Shown: piece after piece, positions 49,704-58,782 of the stretch
Numbering within the stretch: position 1 is the first letter of the stretch
How the letters are laid out: each line of letters starts with the position of its first letter
Assembly: GCA_019744845.1 (NCBI GenBank)
Contig: JAIETW010000001.1
Span: forward strand, 80,299 to 144,298
Reading direction: 5' to 3'
Origin: Patescibacteria group bacterium
GTDB lineage: Bacteria > Patescibacteriota > Minisyncoccia > Phycocordibacterales > Phycocordibacteraceae
Length of the DNA: 64,000 nucleotides
Notes under the pieces: generated by a model
Database searches by the model: none
Told to the model about the DNA's origin: nothing
Seen by the model: only the letters and a program-made list of their open reading frames with translations
Program-made: the position numbers and the translations under genes

Positions 49704-51485
49704 TTATTGCTCATTTTTACGTTCAAACAGAAGATCATCAGGAAGACGGAACAATCCTTCATCATTCTCTTTCTGCTCCATAAAGTGCGCAATGAAGCCC
49801 ACTGCGCGAGGAATCACAAAGAGTGCATTAAAGAACTCTGCATCAATGAGCTCCTGAATCTCCTTCTCGCCGTATCCTTCGCATTCAATAAGAATGTCTT
49901 GCATAAGAGCTGCAATGACGCCGTCTACGTTAAGAATCAAAGATCCGTTCTTACCCGTCGTTACCTTCTCAATTGAGCGTGCAAAGTCGTAGTGCGGGTG
50001 GGTCTGGAGTAACTCTGCAAAAGATGAAAGCGCAGCCACACGAGGATCAGGAATACCCACACGATACTTACGATGCCCAATACCAGAGATTACCTTTCCT
50101 CCCTTCGTTGCTGACTCCACAAAATCAGCTGCAGATTGACCAGAGGCAAGTCCTGCGCGCCAGGTGCGTGCCGCTTCATTAATAGCACCCCCAAAACGTG
50201 GACCAATGGTAAGGAGTCCTGAAGTGAGCGAGGACACGAGATCTTTTCCTGCACGTGCCGTCACCATCGTATTCACGGCACCAGAGACATGTCCTCCGTG
50301 ATCAATCAGGAGCGTAAAGATTGCTTCCGCAAATGCCTTCGTAACAGGAGATGAGGCAGGCTTTCCGAGGAGCGCAGCAATGACCGCGCTTCCGAACGGA
50401 CCTTCCTGTGCAACGAGCTTTCCACCCTCTACAAAGACGGGGACGGATTCAAGATCAGTCACGTGACGAGTAGAGAGAATGCTTTTCTGGCGAGTCATAA
50501 GTGGTTGTATATCGCTCATCGTATCACTGAAATCATTCCCCGGAAGGGTCTTCAACGCTTCAAGAAACTCTGGGAAGGTGTCGGGCGCAATCACACCAAC
50601 TCCTCTGAGTGCTTCACGTTTTGCACGTGCGCTCTCATCTTTATGCGCCACCAATGCCTTGGCGTGCCCAAACTGCATGTGTTCATCAAATGCTTCGTCC
50701 ACGATGCCTGCAATGTATGCAACGACGGGCTTGGTAAGCTTCTTCTCTTTTATCATCTCCACAATTTCATACTCATCTACCCCACCAAGCTCTCCGAAGT
50801 ACACCACACCCTTTGTGGCAGAATCTGTCTCTGCCAAAGAAAGCACATCACCAAGTGAAGAGACAGGGAATCTGTCTCCGCCGATACAGTATGAGAAGGA
50901 AAGTCGCTTCCCCGCGTTTGCGACCGCACGGATGAGCTCGCTTGTCATACCACCTGAGGTCGCGACGACTGCAACAGAGCCAGGAGTTGCAAGCTTACTT
51001 GCTTCTATCTGCATTGGATCTACTCCCCCAATGGCGCCAAGCTTCAAGTGTCCTGGCACAAGAATGCCGACACCTGATGGTCCTGCCACAAGCTTCCTTC
51101 CTCCGTACTTTTCTATAAGCGTGGTTGCATGCACTTCTGGTACGTTTTCCGCAAAAAGATGTGCCCCAAGTGCGTCTGGGAACGCGTCAAAGAATGCAGT
51201 CGTCGTCTCGTATGCCCTGCGTCCTGATTGCGCATTAAACAAGAACCGCACCTGTGATTTTAAAGAATCAGGCAGGGAAGTGAAATTCGGATAGCAGGGG
51301 ATAAGAATCTCCTTTGTTCCAAAGAAATACTTCTGTGCCTTACGTGCCCCAGTGATAATTGCAAGCACTGAACGCTTCTGTCCTGAGAGATAATCAAAAT
51401 CCAAGATGGACTGCACAATCCCTGGATGGTTTCCAGCCACTACTATGCCCCGCTCGCCTTTTCGTATGAGATCAAGAGTACTCAT
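49704..51485 (-). CDS. aclA: ATP-citrate lyase alpha/large subunit (CoA-binding, CoA-ligase and citrate-synthase-like citryl-CoA lyase domains)
   Basis: GIVQSILDFDY...KEILIPCYPNF. Phospho-His loop MQFGHAKAL. The 23-residue block ARAGKDLVSSLTSGLLTIGPRFGGA is nearly identical to eukaryotic ACLY. Length 593 aa. Confidence 0.85.
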   Translation of the reverse strand: MSTLDLIRKGERGIVVAGNHPGIVQSILDFDYLSGQKRSVLAIITGARKAQKYFFGTKEILIPCYPNFTSLPDSLKSQVRFLFNAQSGRRAYETTTAFFDAFPDALGAHLFAENVPEVHATTLIEKYGGRKLVAGPSGVGILVPGHLKLGAIGGVDPMQIEASKLATPGSVAVVATSGGMTSELIRAVANAGKRLSFSYCIGGDRFPVSSLGDVLSLAETDSATKGVVYFGELGGVDEYEIVEMIKEKKLTKPVVAYIAGIVDEAFDEHMQFGHAKALVAHKDESARAKREALRGVGVIAPDTFPEFLEALKTLPGNDFSDTMSDIQPLMTRQKSILSTRHVTDLESVPVFVEGGKLVAQEGPFGSAVIAALLGKPASSPVTKAFAEAIFTLLIDHGGHVSGAVNTMVTARAGKDLVSSLTSGLLTIGPRFGGAINEAARTWRAGLASGQSAADFVESATKGGKVISGIGHRKYRVGIPDPRVAALSSFAELLQTHPHYDFARSIEKVTTGKNGSLILNVDGVIAALMQDILIECEGYGEKEIQELIDAEFFNALFVIPRAVGFIAHFMEQKENDEGLFRLPDDLLFERKNEQ

Positions 51486-52630
51486 GGTGCAACAAAGTGA
51501 ATGGCATCGTCTACCGCGCTTGTAATAACGGCATCTGAGCCATGTACTGACCCAAGAAGCGCCTCTGTCTCTAGAAACGCTTTCATGTCTGTAAGTCCCT
51601 TCGCCTCATTTGGTCCTCCACGACGAATAAAGATCTTTACTCCTTGTGTCCTAAGTTCATGAGCTACTTCAGAAAGTGCATCTCTAATACCCGCGAAGGT
51701 TTTTGCCACATCCGTAAAATTTGCGACCCCTCCTGCAATCACGAGCGCCTTCTTCTTTGCCGTAGACGAGAGCATCAGTGCGAGTACTTCTTTCGCATAA
51801 AGATAGGTTTCTTCGCGTGTTGGTCCCCCACTATATTCTCCGTAGTTTCCTATCGCCTCTCCTTGCCCTTGAAGTGCGGCCTCGTCAGCAATGACGATGG
51901 AACCTCCTCCCCCCGAAAGAAGAAAGAACAGCGAACCGTTTTCATTCAGTACTGAAAGTTTCAATGACGCTGGCGTCGTCTTCTGAAGTGTCGCCACTTT
52001 CTCCTCTGCCTCGTGTGCACTGCGACCTTCTACGACATCATCCTCCGTCCATGCACCACGCACAAAGAATTCTCCGGCACTGTCTACCAACACCGCTGCA
52101 TCAAGAAGGTGTACCTGACTTCCGAGGATGACGAGTGGATTGATCTCAAGAAATGCGAAGTGCATCTTTGAGAACGTCTCAAGAAGGTGCGCAAGGAATG
52201 ATTCAGGGATTCCAGTCTTCTCTGCAATCTCTTTAAGAGAGGTGTCGCTACTAATTATATAGCTTTGCACCTTTTCTGGATGTTCTTCAATCTCTATGCC
52301 TCCTTCTTTTGCATGCAGAAGGCGAATCCCGTCACGTACTCGCTCAAGAGAGAGATACTGCTCTTCAGAGCTCTCATGTGGAAGAAAAGGTTCAGCAATA
52401 AAGCGGGTAAAACCCTTCTGGCTCCATTCTGATAGTGCAGGGGGAATCTCTCTCGAAGAGACTTTCACCTTTACCAATCCCTGCTTCATGCGCTTCTTCA
52501 CTCCCTGATCCACTTTCACCACCCAGGTACCCTCTGCTGTAGTATCGCCGACACCTAGAGCCACGCCTGTATATGCATCCCCAAGGATGAGGCTCTTTGC
52601 TTTATGTTCGGTAAGTTTGACGCGTGGCAT
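51482..52630 (-). CDS. aclB: ATP-citrate lyase beta/small subunit (ATP-grasp, SCS-beta-like)
   Basis: EINPLVILGSQVHLLDAAVLVD, ANYGEYSGGPTREETYLYAKEVLALM, IAGGVANFTDVAKTFAGI and IFIRRGGPN align block-for-block with the ACLY N-terminal half. Overlaps aclA by 4 nt. Confidence 0.85.
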   Translation of the reverse strand: MPRVKLTEHKAKSLILGDAYTGVALGVGDTTAEGTWVVKVDQGVKKRMKQGLVKVKVSSREIPPALSEWSQKGFTRFIAEPFLPHESSEEQYLSLERVRDGIRLLHAKEGGIEIEEHPEKVQSYIISSDTSLKEIAEKTGIPESFLAHLLETFSKMHFAFLEINPLVILGSQVHLLDAAVLVDSAGEFFVRGAWTEDDVVEGRSAHEAEEKVATLQKTTPASLKLSVLNENGSLFFLLSGGGGSIVIADEAALQGQGEAIGNYGEYSGGPTREETYLYAKEVLALMLSSTAKKKALVIAGGVANFTDVAKTFAGIRDALSEVAHELRTQGVKIFIRRGGPNEAKGLTDMKAFLETEALLGSVHGSDAVITSAVDDAIHFVAP

Positions 52631-52632
52631 AT

Positions 52633-53220
52633 CTATTGTTCAGCCATAGTAACGCGTCCCTTGTCTGTTTCAGACACAATTGAAAGGCCAAGTGCTTCTG
52701 ATAGACGGATACTTGCAGGATTGCTGCGATCCGTGATGGCCCAGATTTTTGCGTGCGGATAGTGCTTCTTGTATTCTTGTATTACCAGCTTCGCGAAGCC
52801 TTTCATAAGTCCCGTACCGCGATATTCAGGGTATGAACGGAATGAAATGGTGTGCCAGTTCCCTGACTCAAGTTTCTTTTCATATTGCTCCTGTTCCTCT
52901 GGAGAAAGGTGTTTCTTAGAATCAAGTCCAAGTGGCTTCGGACCAAGCCAGGCAATGGCCGCAAGCTTTCCATTCTCTGGATCAACCAGTGCGAAGGGAG
53001 TGCGCTCCTTGGCGTACCAGGACTCATACGATCCTTCGCCAAAGCGAGTGAAGTCAGAACTATTGTTCTGAAGCTCTGAGTCCTCCTGGTTTAGAGAGTA
53101 CGCCTTAAGCTGTGCGACCAGCTCTTCTCCAAGGCCTATTACTGCAGTAAAGGCTTTGCCGTCCCTGCTTTCCAGGGGGCCAATCTCCTTCTGCTCGTAG
53201 AGGGGAAGCGGGAGTGCCAT
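52633..53220 (-). CDS. GNAT family N-acetyltransferase
   Basis: Acetyl-CoA binding motif A YRGTGLMKGFAKLVI. The start was set at the internal Met (MALPLPLYEQ...); the longest ORF (to 53370) would overlap uvrB. Confidence 0.6.
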   Translation of the reverse strand: MALPLPLYEQKEIGPLESRDGKAFTAVIGLGEELVAQLKAYSLNQEDSELQNNSSDFTRFGEGSYESWYAKERTPFALVDPENGKLAAIAWLGPKPLGLDSKKHLSPEEQEQYEKKLESGNWHTISFRSYPEYRGTGLMKGFAKLVIQEYKKHYPHAKIWAITDRSNPASIRLSEALGLSIVSETDKGRVTMAEQ

Positions 53221-53275
53221 AAAGAGTACGGTATCAGGCGAAGCTGATTTGTCTATGAAAACCAGGGAAGTCGGC

Positions 53276-55336
53276 TTAACGTTTCCTCCTGCCTTTCTTA
53301 CCCCGCTCCTTGGGATCCGCCTTCCCTTCAAGCACGTATATCTCATCACGGATGACCGCCGCAGTCTCAAAGTCTAGTGCCTCTACGGCATCAGCCATCT
53401 GCTGCCTCTTATCGGCAATAAACGACTTCGGATCCTCCTTATAGAGCTGTGCATCAAGCGTGAGCATGTCTTCCACTGTCCGCTGGTGTTCGGTACGCAT
53501 AGACGCCGCAATGTCCCTGATCTCTTTGCGGATGGTCGCAGGGGTAATGTTGTGCTCCTTGTTGTAGGCAAGCTGAATGTCACGACGACGATTGGTTTCC
53601 CCAATGGCACGTTCCAGAGAACCGGTCATAACGTCTGCATAGAGAATCACCCGTCCAAGCACGTTACGCGCCGCGCGTCCGATGGTTTGAATGAGGGAGG
53701 TCTCACTGCGAAGGAATCCTTCCTTATCGGCATCAAGAATACCGACAAGCTCCACCTCAGGAAGATCAAGGCCTTCACGAAGCAGGTTCACTCCCACCAA
53801 AATATCAAACTCCCCTTTACGGAAATCAGTAAGAATCTGAATACGGTCAATGGTCTTAATGTCACTATGCAGGTACTCCGCCTTGATCTTGCGCTCGCGA
53901 AGGAACTCAGAAAGATCTTCTGCCATTTGTTTGGTAAGCGTCGTCGCAAGTGCACGTCCCCCACGCTTAATGACAATCTCTGACTCCTCTATAAAGTCAG
54001 CGACCTGGCCACGGAAGGCTCCCGTCTCTACGATAGGACGCACGACAAGTTCTGGATCCACAAGACCAGTCGGACGAATGATTTGCTCCACAATCTGACC
54101 CTCTGGCGCCACACTATGCTGCCGCTCGTAGGTACTTGGGGTCGCAGAAGTGTAGATCACCTGACCGACACGCGTCGCAAACTCGTCAAAAGTAAGCGGA
54201 CGGTTATCACGTGCTGAAGGAAGTCGGAAGCCGTGTTCAATAAGCGTATCCTTGCGAGAACGATCTCCCGCAAACATGCCTCCAATCTGTGGCACGGTAA
54301 CGTGCGACTCATCAATAATGGTAAGGAAGTCTGCACTCCCATCCTTTTTGTGCGGGAAATAAGAGAGGAGCGTATGGGGTGGCTCTCCAGGGGCACGACC
54401 ATCAAAGTGCCGTGAGTAGTTTTCAATACCCGTGGTGTAGCCAAGCTCACGAATAAGCGCGATGTCATGGAGCGTGCGACGCTTAATACGCTCTGCTTCA
54501 AGCAACTTCTCTTCTCGCTTAAACTTCTCCACCTGTTCATCAAGCTCACGACGAATATCCTCAAGAGCTCTCGTTCGCTCCTCCTCGTTACTCACGAAGT
54601 GTTTAGCAGGGAAGACAAACAGCGTTTCCACTTCTCCAGTCTTTGCGCGAGAAATAGGATCAAGACACTCAATACGTGCGATAACAGAGCCGTCAAAGGT
54701 GACTCGGTAGATAGCACGTTCGTTGACCGGCATGAGCTCAATCGCGTTCCCCACTGCGCGAATTTCTCCTGGATTAAGATCCGCATTGGTGCGCTCAAAA
54801 TAAATACCAACAAACTTACGTATAAGTGCAGAGCGGTTTTCCTCTGCCCCACGTGCAAGCTTCACATGCACCTTCTCGTATTCTTCAGGAGATCCAAGAC
54901 CGTAGATGGCAGACACTGAGGCAACGATAATGACATCCTTACGAGTCAGAAGTGCCTGGGTAGCCGCATGCCGAAGGCGATCAATTTCTGCATTGATCTG
55001 TGCTTCTTTCTCAATATACGTATCTGAGTGTGCGATATACGCCTCAGGCTGATAGTAGTCGTAGTAAGAAACGAAGTAGTGTACCGCATTCTTTGGAAAG
55101 AATTCTTTATATTCCTGGGCGAGCTGGGCAGCGAGGGTCTTATTGTGTGCGAGTACCAGTGTGGGCTTGTCGTTCGCTGCAATCACATTGGCAGCCGTAT
55201 AGGTCTTTCCGGTACCTGTAGCACCAAGAAGTGTCTGGTGCGCATAGCCTTTCTTAAGGCCTGCAATGAGGCCTTCTATAGCCTTAGGTTGATCACCTGC
55301 GGCAGGAAATGGAGTATGTAGTTTGAAGTTAGGCAT
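53276..55336 (-). CDS. uvrB: Excinuclease ABC subunit B
   Basis: GATGTGKTYT Walker A, DESH helicase motifs and a C-terminal UVR domain (ADAVEALDFETAAVIRDEI). The start was set at MPNFKLHTPF; the longest ORF starts at 55381 and would overlap tgt. Confidence 0.92.
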   Translation of the reverse strand: MPNFKLHTPFPAAGDQPKAIEGLIAGLKKGYAHQTLLGATGTGKTYTAANVIAANDKPTLVLAHNKTLAAQLAQEYKEFFPKNAVHYFVSYYDYYQPEAYIAHSDTYIEKEAQINAEIDRLRHAATQALLTRKDVIIVASVSAIYGLGSPEEYEKVHVKLARGAEENRSALIRKFVGIYFERTNADLNPGEIRAVGNAIELMPVNERAIYRVTFDGSVIARIECLDPISRAKTGEVETLFVFPAKHFVSNEEERTRALEDIRRELDEQVEKFKREEKLLEAERIKRRTLHDIALIRELGYTTGIENYSRHFDGRAPGEPPHTLLSYFPHKKDGSADFLTIIDESHVTVPQIGGMFAGDRSRKDTLIEHGFRLPSARDNRPLTFDEFATRVGQVIYTSATPSTYERQHSVAPEGQIVEQIIRPTGLVDPELVVRPIVETGAFRGQVADFIEESEIVIKRGGRALATTLTKQMAEDLSEFLRERKIKAEYLHSDIKTIDRIQILTDFRKGEFDILVGVNLLREGLDLPEVELVGILDADKEGFLRSETSLIQTIGRAARNVLGRVILYADVMTGSLERAIGETNRRRDIQLAYNKEHNITPATIRKEIRDIAASMRTEHQRTVEDMLTLDAQLYKEDPKSFIADKRQQMADAVEALDFETAAVIRDEIYVLEGKADPKERGKKGRRKR

Positions 55337-56543
55337 AGTAGTCCCGTATGAAGTTTTCCCTATACTCTCCGAACGTACCATGAAGAAGGGCTTCGCGCGC
55401 GCCGTCTACAAGTCTAAGAATAAAACCAAGGTTATGGGTGGAGGCAATGATTTGCCCAAGCATTTCGCCTGAGCGAAGAAGATGCGAGACATACGCACGA
55501 GTAAACGGCTCAGTACCAGGAATGATGGTCTCTGGATCAAGTGGAGCAAACTCTGTTCTATACTTCTCACTCTTAAGATGTATATTCCCACGACGAGTGT
55601 AGATAGTCCCATGGCGCCCCATCCGGGTTGCCGCAACACAATCAAAAAGATCCATACCTTCTGCAATACCAGTAAGCACGTCTCCTGGCTCTCCAATGCC
55701 GAGGAAATGCCGCGGTTTCTCTTCCGGAAGTTCAGGGATCGCAGCCTGAAGGGCGCCTGCCATATCTTCCTTACTAAATGATCCTCCAATACCAAATCCG
55801 TCAAAGTCCATAGACGCGATCTCTTTTGCACTTTCACGCCTCAAATCTTCGTGACGACCTCCCTGCACAATGCCAAAAATTCCCTGACGCCTATTCGCTT
55901 CAAGATTCTGACGATGTGCACGAAGCGAGCGCTCTGCCCAACGGTGCGTGCGATGCATTGCATCCTTCTGATACTCATAGGACGCAGTAGGGGAGGTGCA
56001 CTCATCAAACGCAAAGAACATATCTGCGCCAAGTGCATGTTGAATTTCTACCGATCGTTCTGGTGTGAACCGATGGAGCGAGCCATCAATGTGTGAAGTG
56101 AAGCTCACCCCCTCGTCATCTATGATCGCAAGTTGTCCATGCTGGGTCTGCACCTCTGGGTCATAGACCGCAACCACATCTCCTGCACTCTCCTCACCTT
56201 TTGCAATTTTAGTAATAGTACGACCATACGCAGCACCAAGAGAAAACACTTGGAACCCTCCGGAATCGGTCATGGTAGGCCCGTTCCATCCCATAAAAGT
56301 ACCGAGGCCACCCGCCTGCTCTACTATCTCCTCACCTGGCTGGAGGTATAGGTGGTAGGTGTTCCCAAGCACCACCTGAGCACCCAGGTGTGCGAGTGTT
56401 TCTGGAAGAACGCCCTTCACATTTGCCTTGGTACCGACAGGGACAAATGCAGGGGTTTGAATATCTCCATGCGCTGTATGAAGCACGCCCGTGCGGGCGC
56501 GTTCGTGTTTCTTTTCAAGAGTAAAGCCAATAGCGCCCTCCAT
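55329..56543 (-). CDS. tgt: Queuine tRNA-ribosyltransferase (tRNA-guanine transglycosylase)
   Basis: TPAFVPVGT, VLGNTYHL and TDSGGFQVFSL blocks, plus zinc-site Cys/His near the C-terminus. Length 404 aa. Confidence 0.88.
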   Translation of the reverse strand: MEGAIGFTLEKKHERARTGVLHTAHGDIQTPAFVPVGTKANVKGVLPETLAHLGAQVVLGNTYHLYLQPGEEIVEQAGGLGTFMGWNGPTMTDSGGFQVFSLGAAYGRTITKIAKGEESAGDVVAVYDPEVQTQHGQLAIIDDEGVSFTSHIDGSLHRFTPERSVEIQHALGADMFFAFDECTSPTASYEYQKDAMHRTHRWAERSLRAHRQNLEANRRQGIFGIVQGGRHEDLRRESAKEIASMDFDGFGIGGSFSKEDMAGALQAAIPELPEEKPRHFLGIGEPGDVLTGIAEGMDLFDCVAATRMGRHGTIYTRRGNIHLKSEKYRTEFAPLDPETIIPGTEPFTRAYVSHLLRSGEMLGQIIASTHNLGFILRLVDGAREALLHGTFGEYRENFIRDYYA

Positions 56544-56583
56544 GACTCACACGATACTACACCACTTACAGAGACACGAATCT

Positions 56584-58173
56584 TTACGCAATACTGTTCT
56601 TGAGACGCTCTAGTTTCTTACGCAGCTCTTTAAAGACTTTGCGACGGTTTGGGTTTTTCTCTTGTCGCTCAAGATCGCGAATGTGCGAAGGAAGTTTACG
56701 CACCACCTCAAATATCTTCTCATCACCCTTAAATTTATACGTGAAGATATCTTTTGCTATTTCTGCAAGCTCTCTCTTTGAAAGCGTTTTATCCATATTC
56801 TTTACCTTTCCCTCATCTACAATGAGACCCACACCAGCAAAGAGAATGTCTTCAATCATGTTCTCCATATCGGTCGTTTCTGGAGTCTTGAGACGAAGTT
56901 GCTCCATCTGGGACAAAAATGCATTACGTCTCTTTTCGTGGGTTCCTGCGTAGAACGGCGCGCCCTTGGACATTATTTCTCCAATTGCATCTGCAAAACT
57001 GTCATGTGCCTTTATGACATTGAGGTTTGGTAGAGGTTTTTCCTCACCCCCTTCTCCCTTTGCGCGTTCCTCTAGCCTCTTCTTGGTTTCTTCTTTCTTA
57101 CGTCTATCTTCGTCACGCTTGGCTCCCTGTTCAATTCGTTTCAACAGTTCCTTCTCAGGCATAGAATCTAGATAAGCTCTCATGCCTGGCTCCTTAGGAT
57201 CATAGGTACCAGGAGGCACACCATCAGACTTTTCAAGGATAGGAAGGAGGACATCGTCTGAATGAGGCCATATGCGTTTAAACTCTGCCATGTATTCTGC
57301 TTGCAAAGCAGAGAATTTCACGCCGACGCGTACAATGTCTTTAAGAACCTCCATGATACGCTCTCTTCCGCCTTCAGTAGAAGGATGAAACTTCTTGGGA
57401 TCTTTTGATACACCACTCTCGTATCTGTGGGCGGAGGTGAGATCATCGTAGAGTGCAATCAATTGATTCTTTTCAATCTTGAGTGCGGTAAGTTCAGACT
57501 GGAGCTGTTCTCTGCGTTTTTCTTTTTTGTTCTTATCTTCAGGAGACTCAAGTTCACGCCAGAGCTCAACAAGCGGTGCTCCGATTTCCTCAATAAATGC
57601 CTCTTCCATCTCAGAAACTCTTTCTGGGTTTGTGCCAGTGAGTCGCTCAGACTCTATCGTCTCAAGTGCGCTTGTGGCTTTGGAAATAAGTTCAGCAATC
57701 TTAGGCCAATTTTTGTTTTCACGAATCCACTGACGTAGCGCATGACGCTCTTCTTCAGAGAAGTCCTTAAGTGCGAGATCAAGCGCCGCATCTACACGCT
57801 CCAGACTCTTCTCTGCAGTCTTGGCCTTTTCCTCTACCTCAGGATCTTCTGTTGGTTCACCTTCTCTTGGTGAAATTTCTATGCGCACTGGAGTCTCAAT
57901 GAGCTGTACGTCTTCTTTTGAGACCACCTCATAAAGACGACCGTCCTCAAGCTCCATAACTGGTGGAGTCTTACCTTGTGCCTCCCACACATCAAGCGGA
58001 ATTTCACGAAGGACCATGCTGTCCCTATCTTCAATACGCCCGACCATTGGTGCAGTAATGTCACGACCGCTAATTGGCTGCTTCCAGTCAAGAAGTAGAG
58101 TACGTCCAGTTCGCCCGTCCGTATACTTTTTTGGTTGCTCTGGAAGAGGAGGTTCGCGATCAAGAGCGGACAT
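56584..58173 (-). CDS. Hypothetical highly charged (Glu/Lys/Arg-rich) coiled-coil protein. It has a roughly 110-aa N-terminal globular region and no recognisable domain.
   Basis: 529 aa with long predicted helical charged stretches and no TM segment. It is separated by a 5-nt gap from the FKBP gene upstream on the same strand. Confidence 0.45.
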   Translation of the reverse strand: MSALDREPPLPEQPKKYTDGRTGRTLLLDWKQPISGRDITAPMVGRIEDRDSMVLREIPLDVWEAQGKTPPVMELEDGRLYEVVSKEDVQLIETPVRIEISPREGEPTEDPEVEEKAKTAEKSLERVDAALDLALKDFSEEERHALRQWIRENKNWPKIAELISKATSALETIESERLTGTNPERVSEMEEAFIEEIGAPLVELWRELESPEDKNKKEKRREQLQSELTALKIEKNQLIALYDDLTSAHRYESGVSKDPKKFHPSTEGGRERIMEVLKDIVRVGVKFSALQAEYMAEFKRIWPHSDDVLLPILEKSDGVPPGTYDPKEPGMRAYLDSMPEKELLKRIEQGAKRDEDRRKKEETKKRLEERAKGEGGEEKPLPNLNVIKAHDSFADAIGEIMSKGAPFYAGTHEKRRNAFLSQMEQLRLKTPETTDMENMIEDILFAGVGLIVDEGKVKNMDKTLSKRELAEIAKDIFTYKFKGDEKIFEVVRKLPSHIRDLERQEKNPNRRKVFKELRKKLERLKNSIA

Positions 58174-58178
58174 AGGTA

Positions 58179-58637
58179 TTAGTTTGCGACGTCTACAAGC
58201 TCAATTTCAAAGATAAGGGTAGACCCTCCAGGAATTGGTCCGTAGTCGTTCATACCGTAGCCAAGCTCAGGTGGTACGGAAAGCACGCGGCGACCACCTT
58301 CCTTCATACCGACAACGCCCTGATCCCAACCTGGGATAACGGCTCCTGCACCAAGAACGAAGCTGAATGGACCTCCGTGATTTGCAGATGCATCAAAGAC
58401 AGAGCCGTCTTCAAAACGCCCAACATAGTTCACGCTAATGGTGTCTCCGGCCTTTGCTTCAGCTCCGGTGCCGACGACGGCGTCAGAAATAAGAAGAGTT
58501 GGCTGGCTGTTGTTCTCAAGCGGCATAGTGAGGTCCTGATTAGTTGAAAAGAGATTAAAGAAGGTAGGCCCGAAGAACAAGAAAATCATGGCGACTGCAA
58601 CCGCGAGAGCGACTGCAATACCGGTAGTGGTGTTCAT
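58179..58637 (-). CDS. FKBP-type peptidyl-prolyl cis-trans isomerase, membrane-anchored
   Basis: N-terminal TM helix, then the FKBP domain (GDTISVNYVGRFEDGSVFDAS...GWDQGVVGMKEGGRRVLSVPPELGYG...LIFEIELVDV). Confidence 0.85.
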   Translation of the reverse strand: MNTTTGIAVALAVAVAMIFLFFGPTFFNLFSTNQDLTMPLENNSQPTLLISDAVVGTGAEAKAGDTISVNYVGRFEDGSVFDASANHGGPFSFVLGAGAVIPGWDQGVVGMKEGGRRVLSVPPELGYGMNDYGPIPGGSTLIFEIELVDVAN

Positions 58638-58782
58638 AGATACGAAGAAGTCTTAAGGGATATACAAGCACTAGTATAGCCCTTTATTCGCGAACCATCG
58701 CAGGGTGGCTGGGGACTTCATGAATCCCTGTCTTCCCTACTGTTTTTATTATTATCGGACGGTACTAAGCAACTGTCAAGTC

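Noticed and set aside
49514-49792. 92-aa minus-strand ORF between uvrA and aclA.
   Set aside because: It overlaps the 3' end of aclA in another frame and has low-complexity, Cys/Phe-rich composition. It is spurious.
58638-58782. 145-bp intergenic spacer between the TraG-like ATPase and FKBP genes, containing the hairpin CAGGG-N20-CCCTG.
   Set aside because: No adjacent T-run on either strand, so it is not a convincing intrinsic terminator. It may contain a promoter for the FKBP gene, but no clear -35/-10 pair could be assigned.
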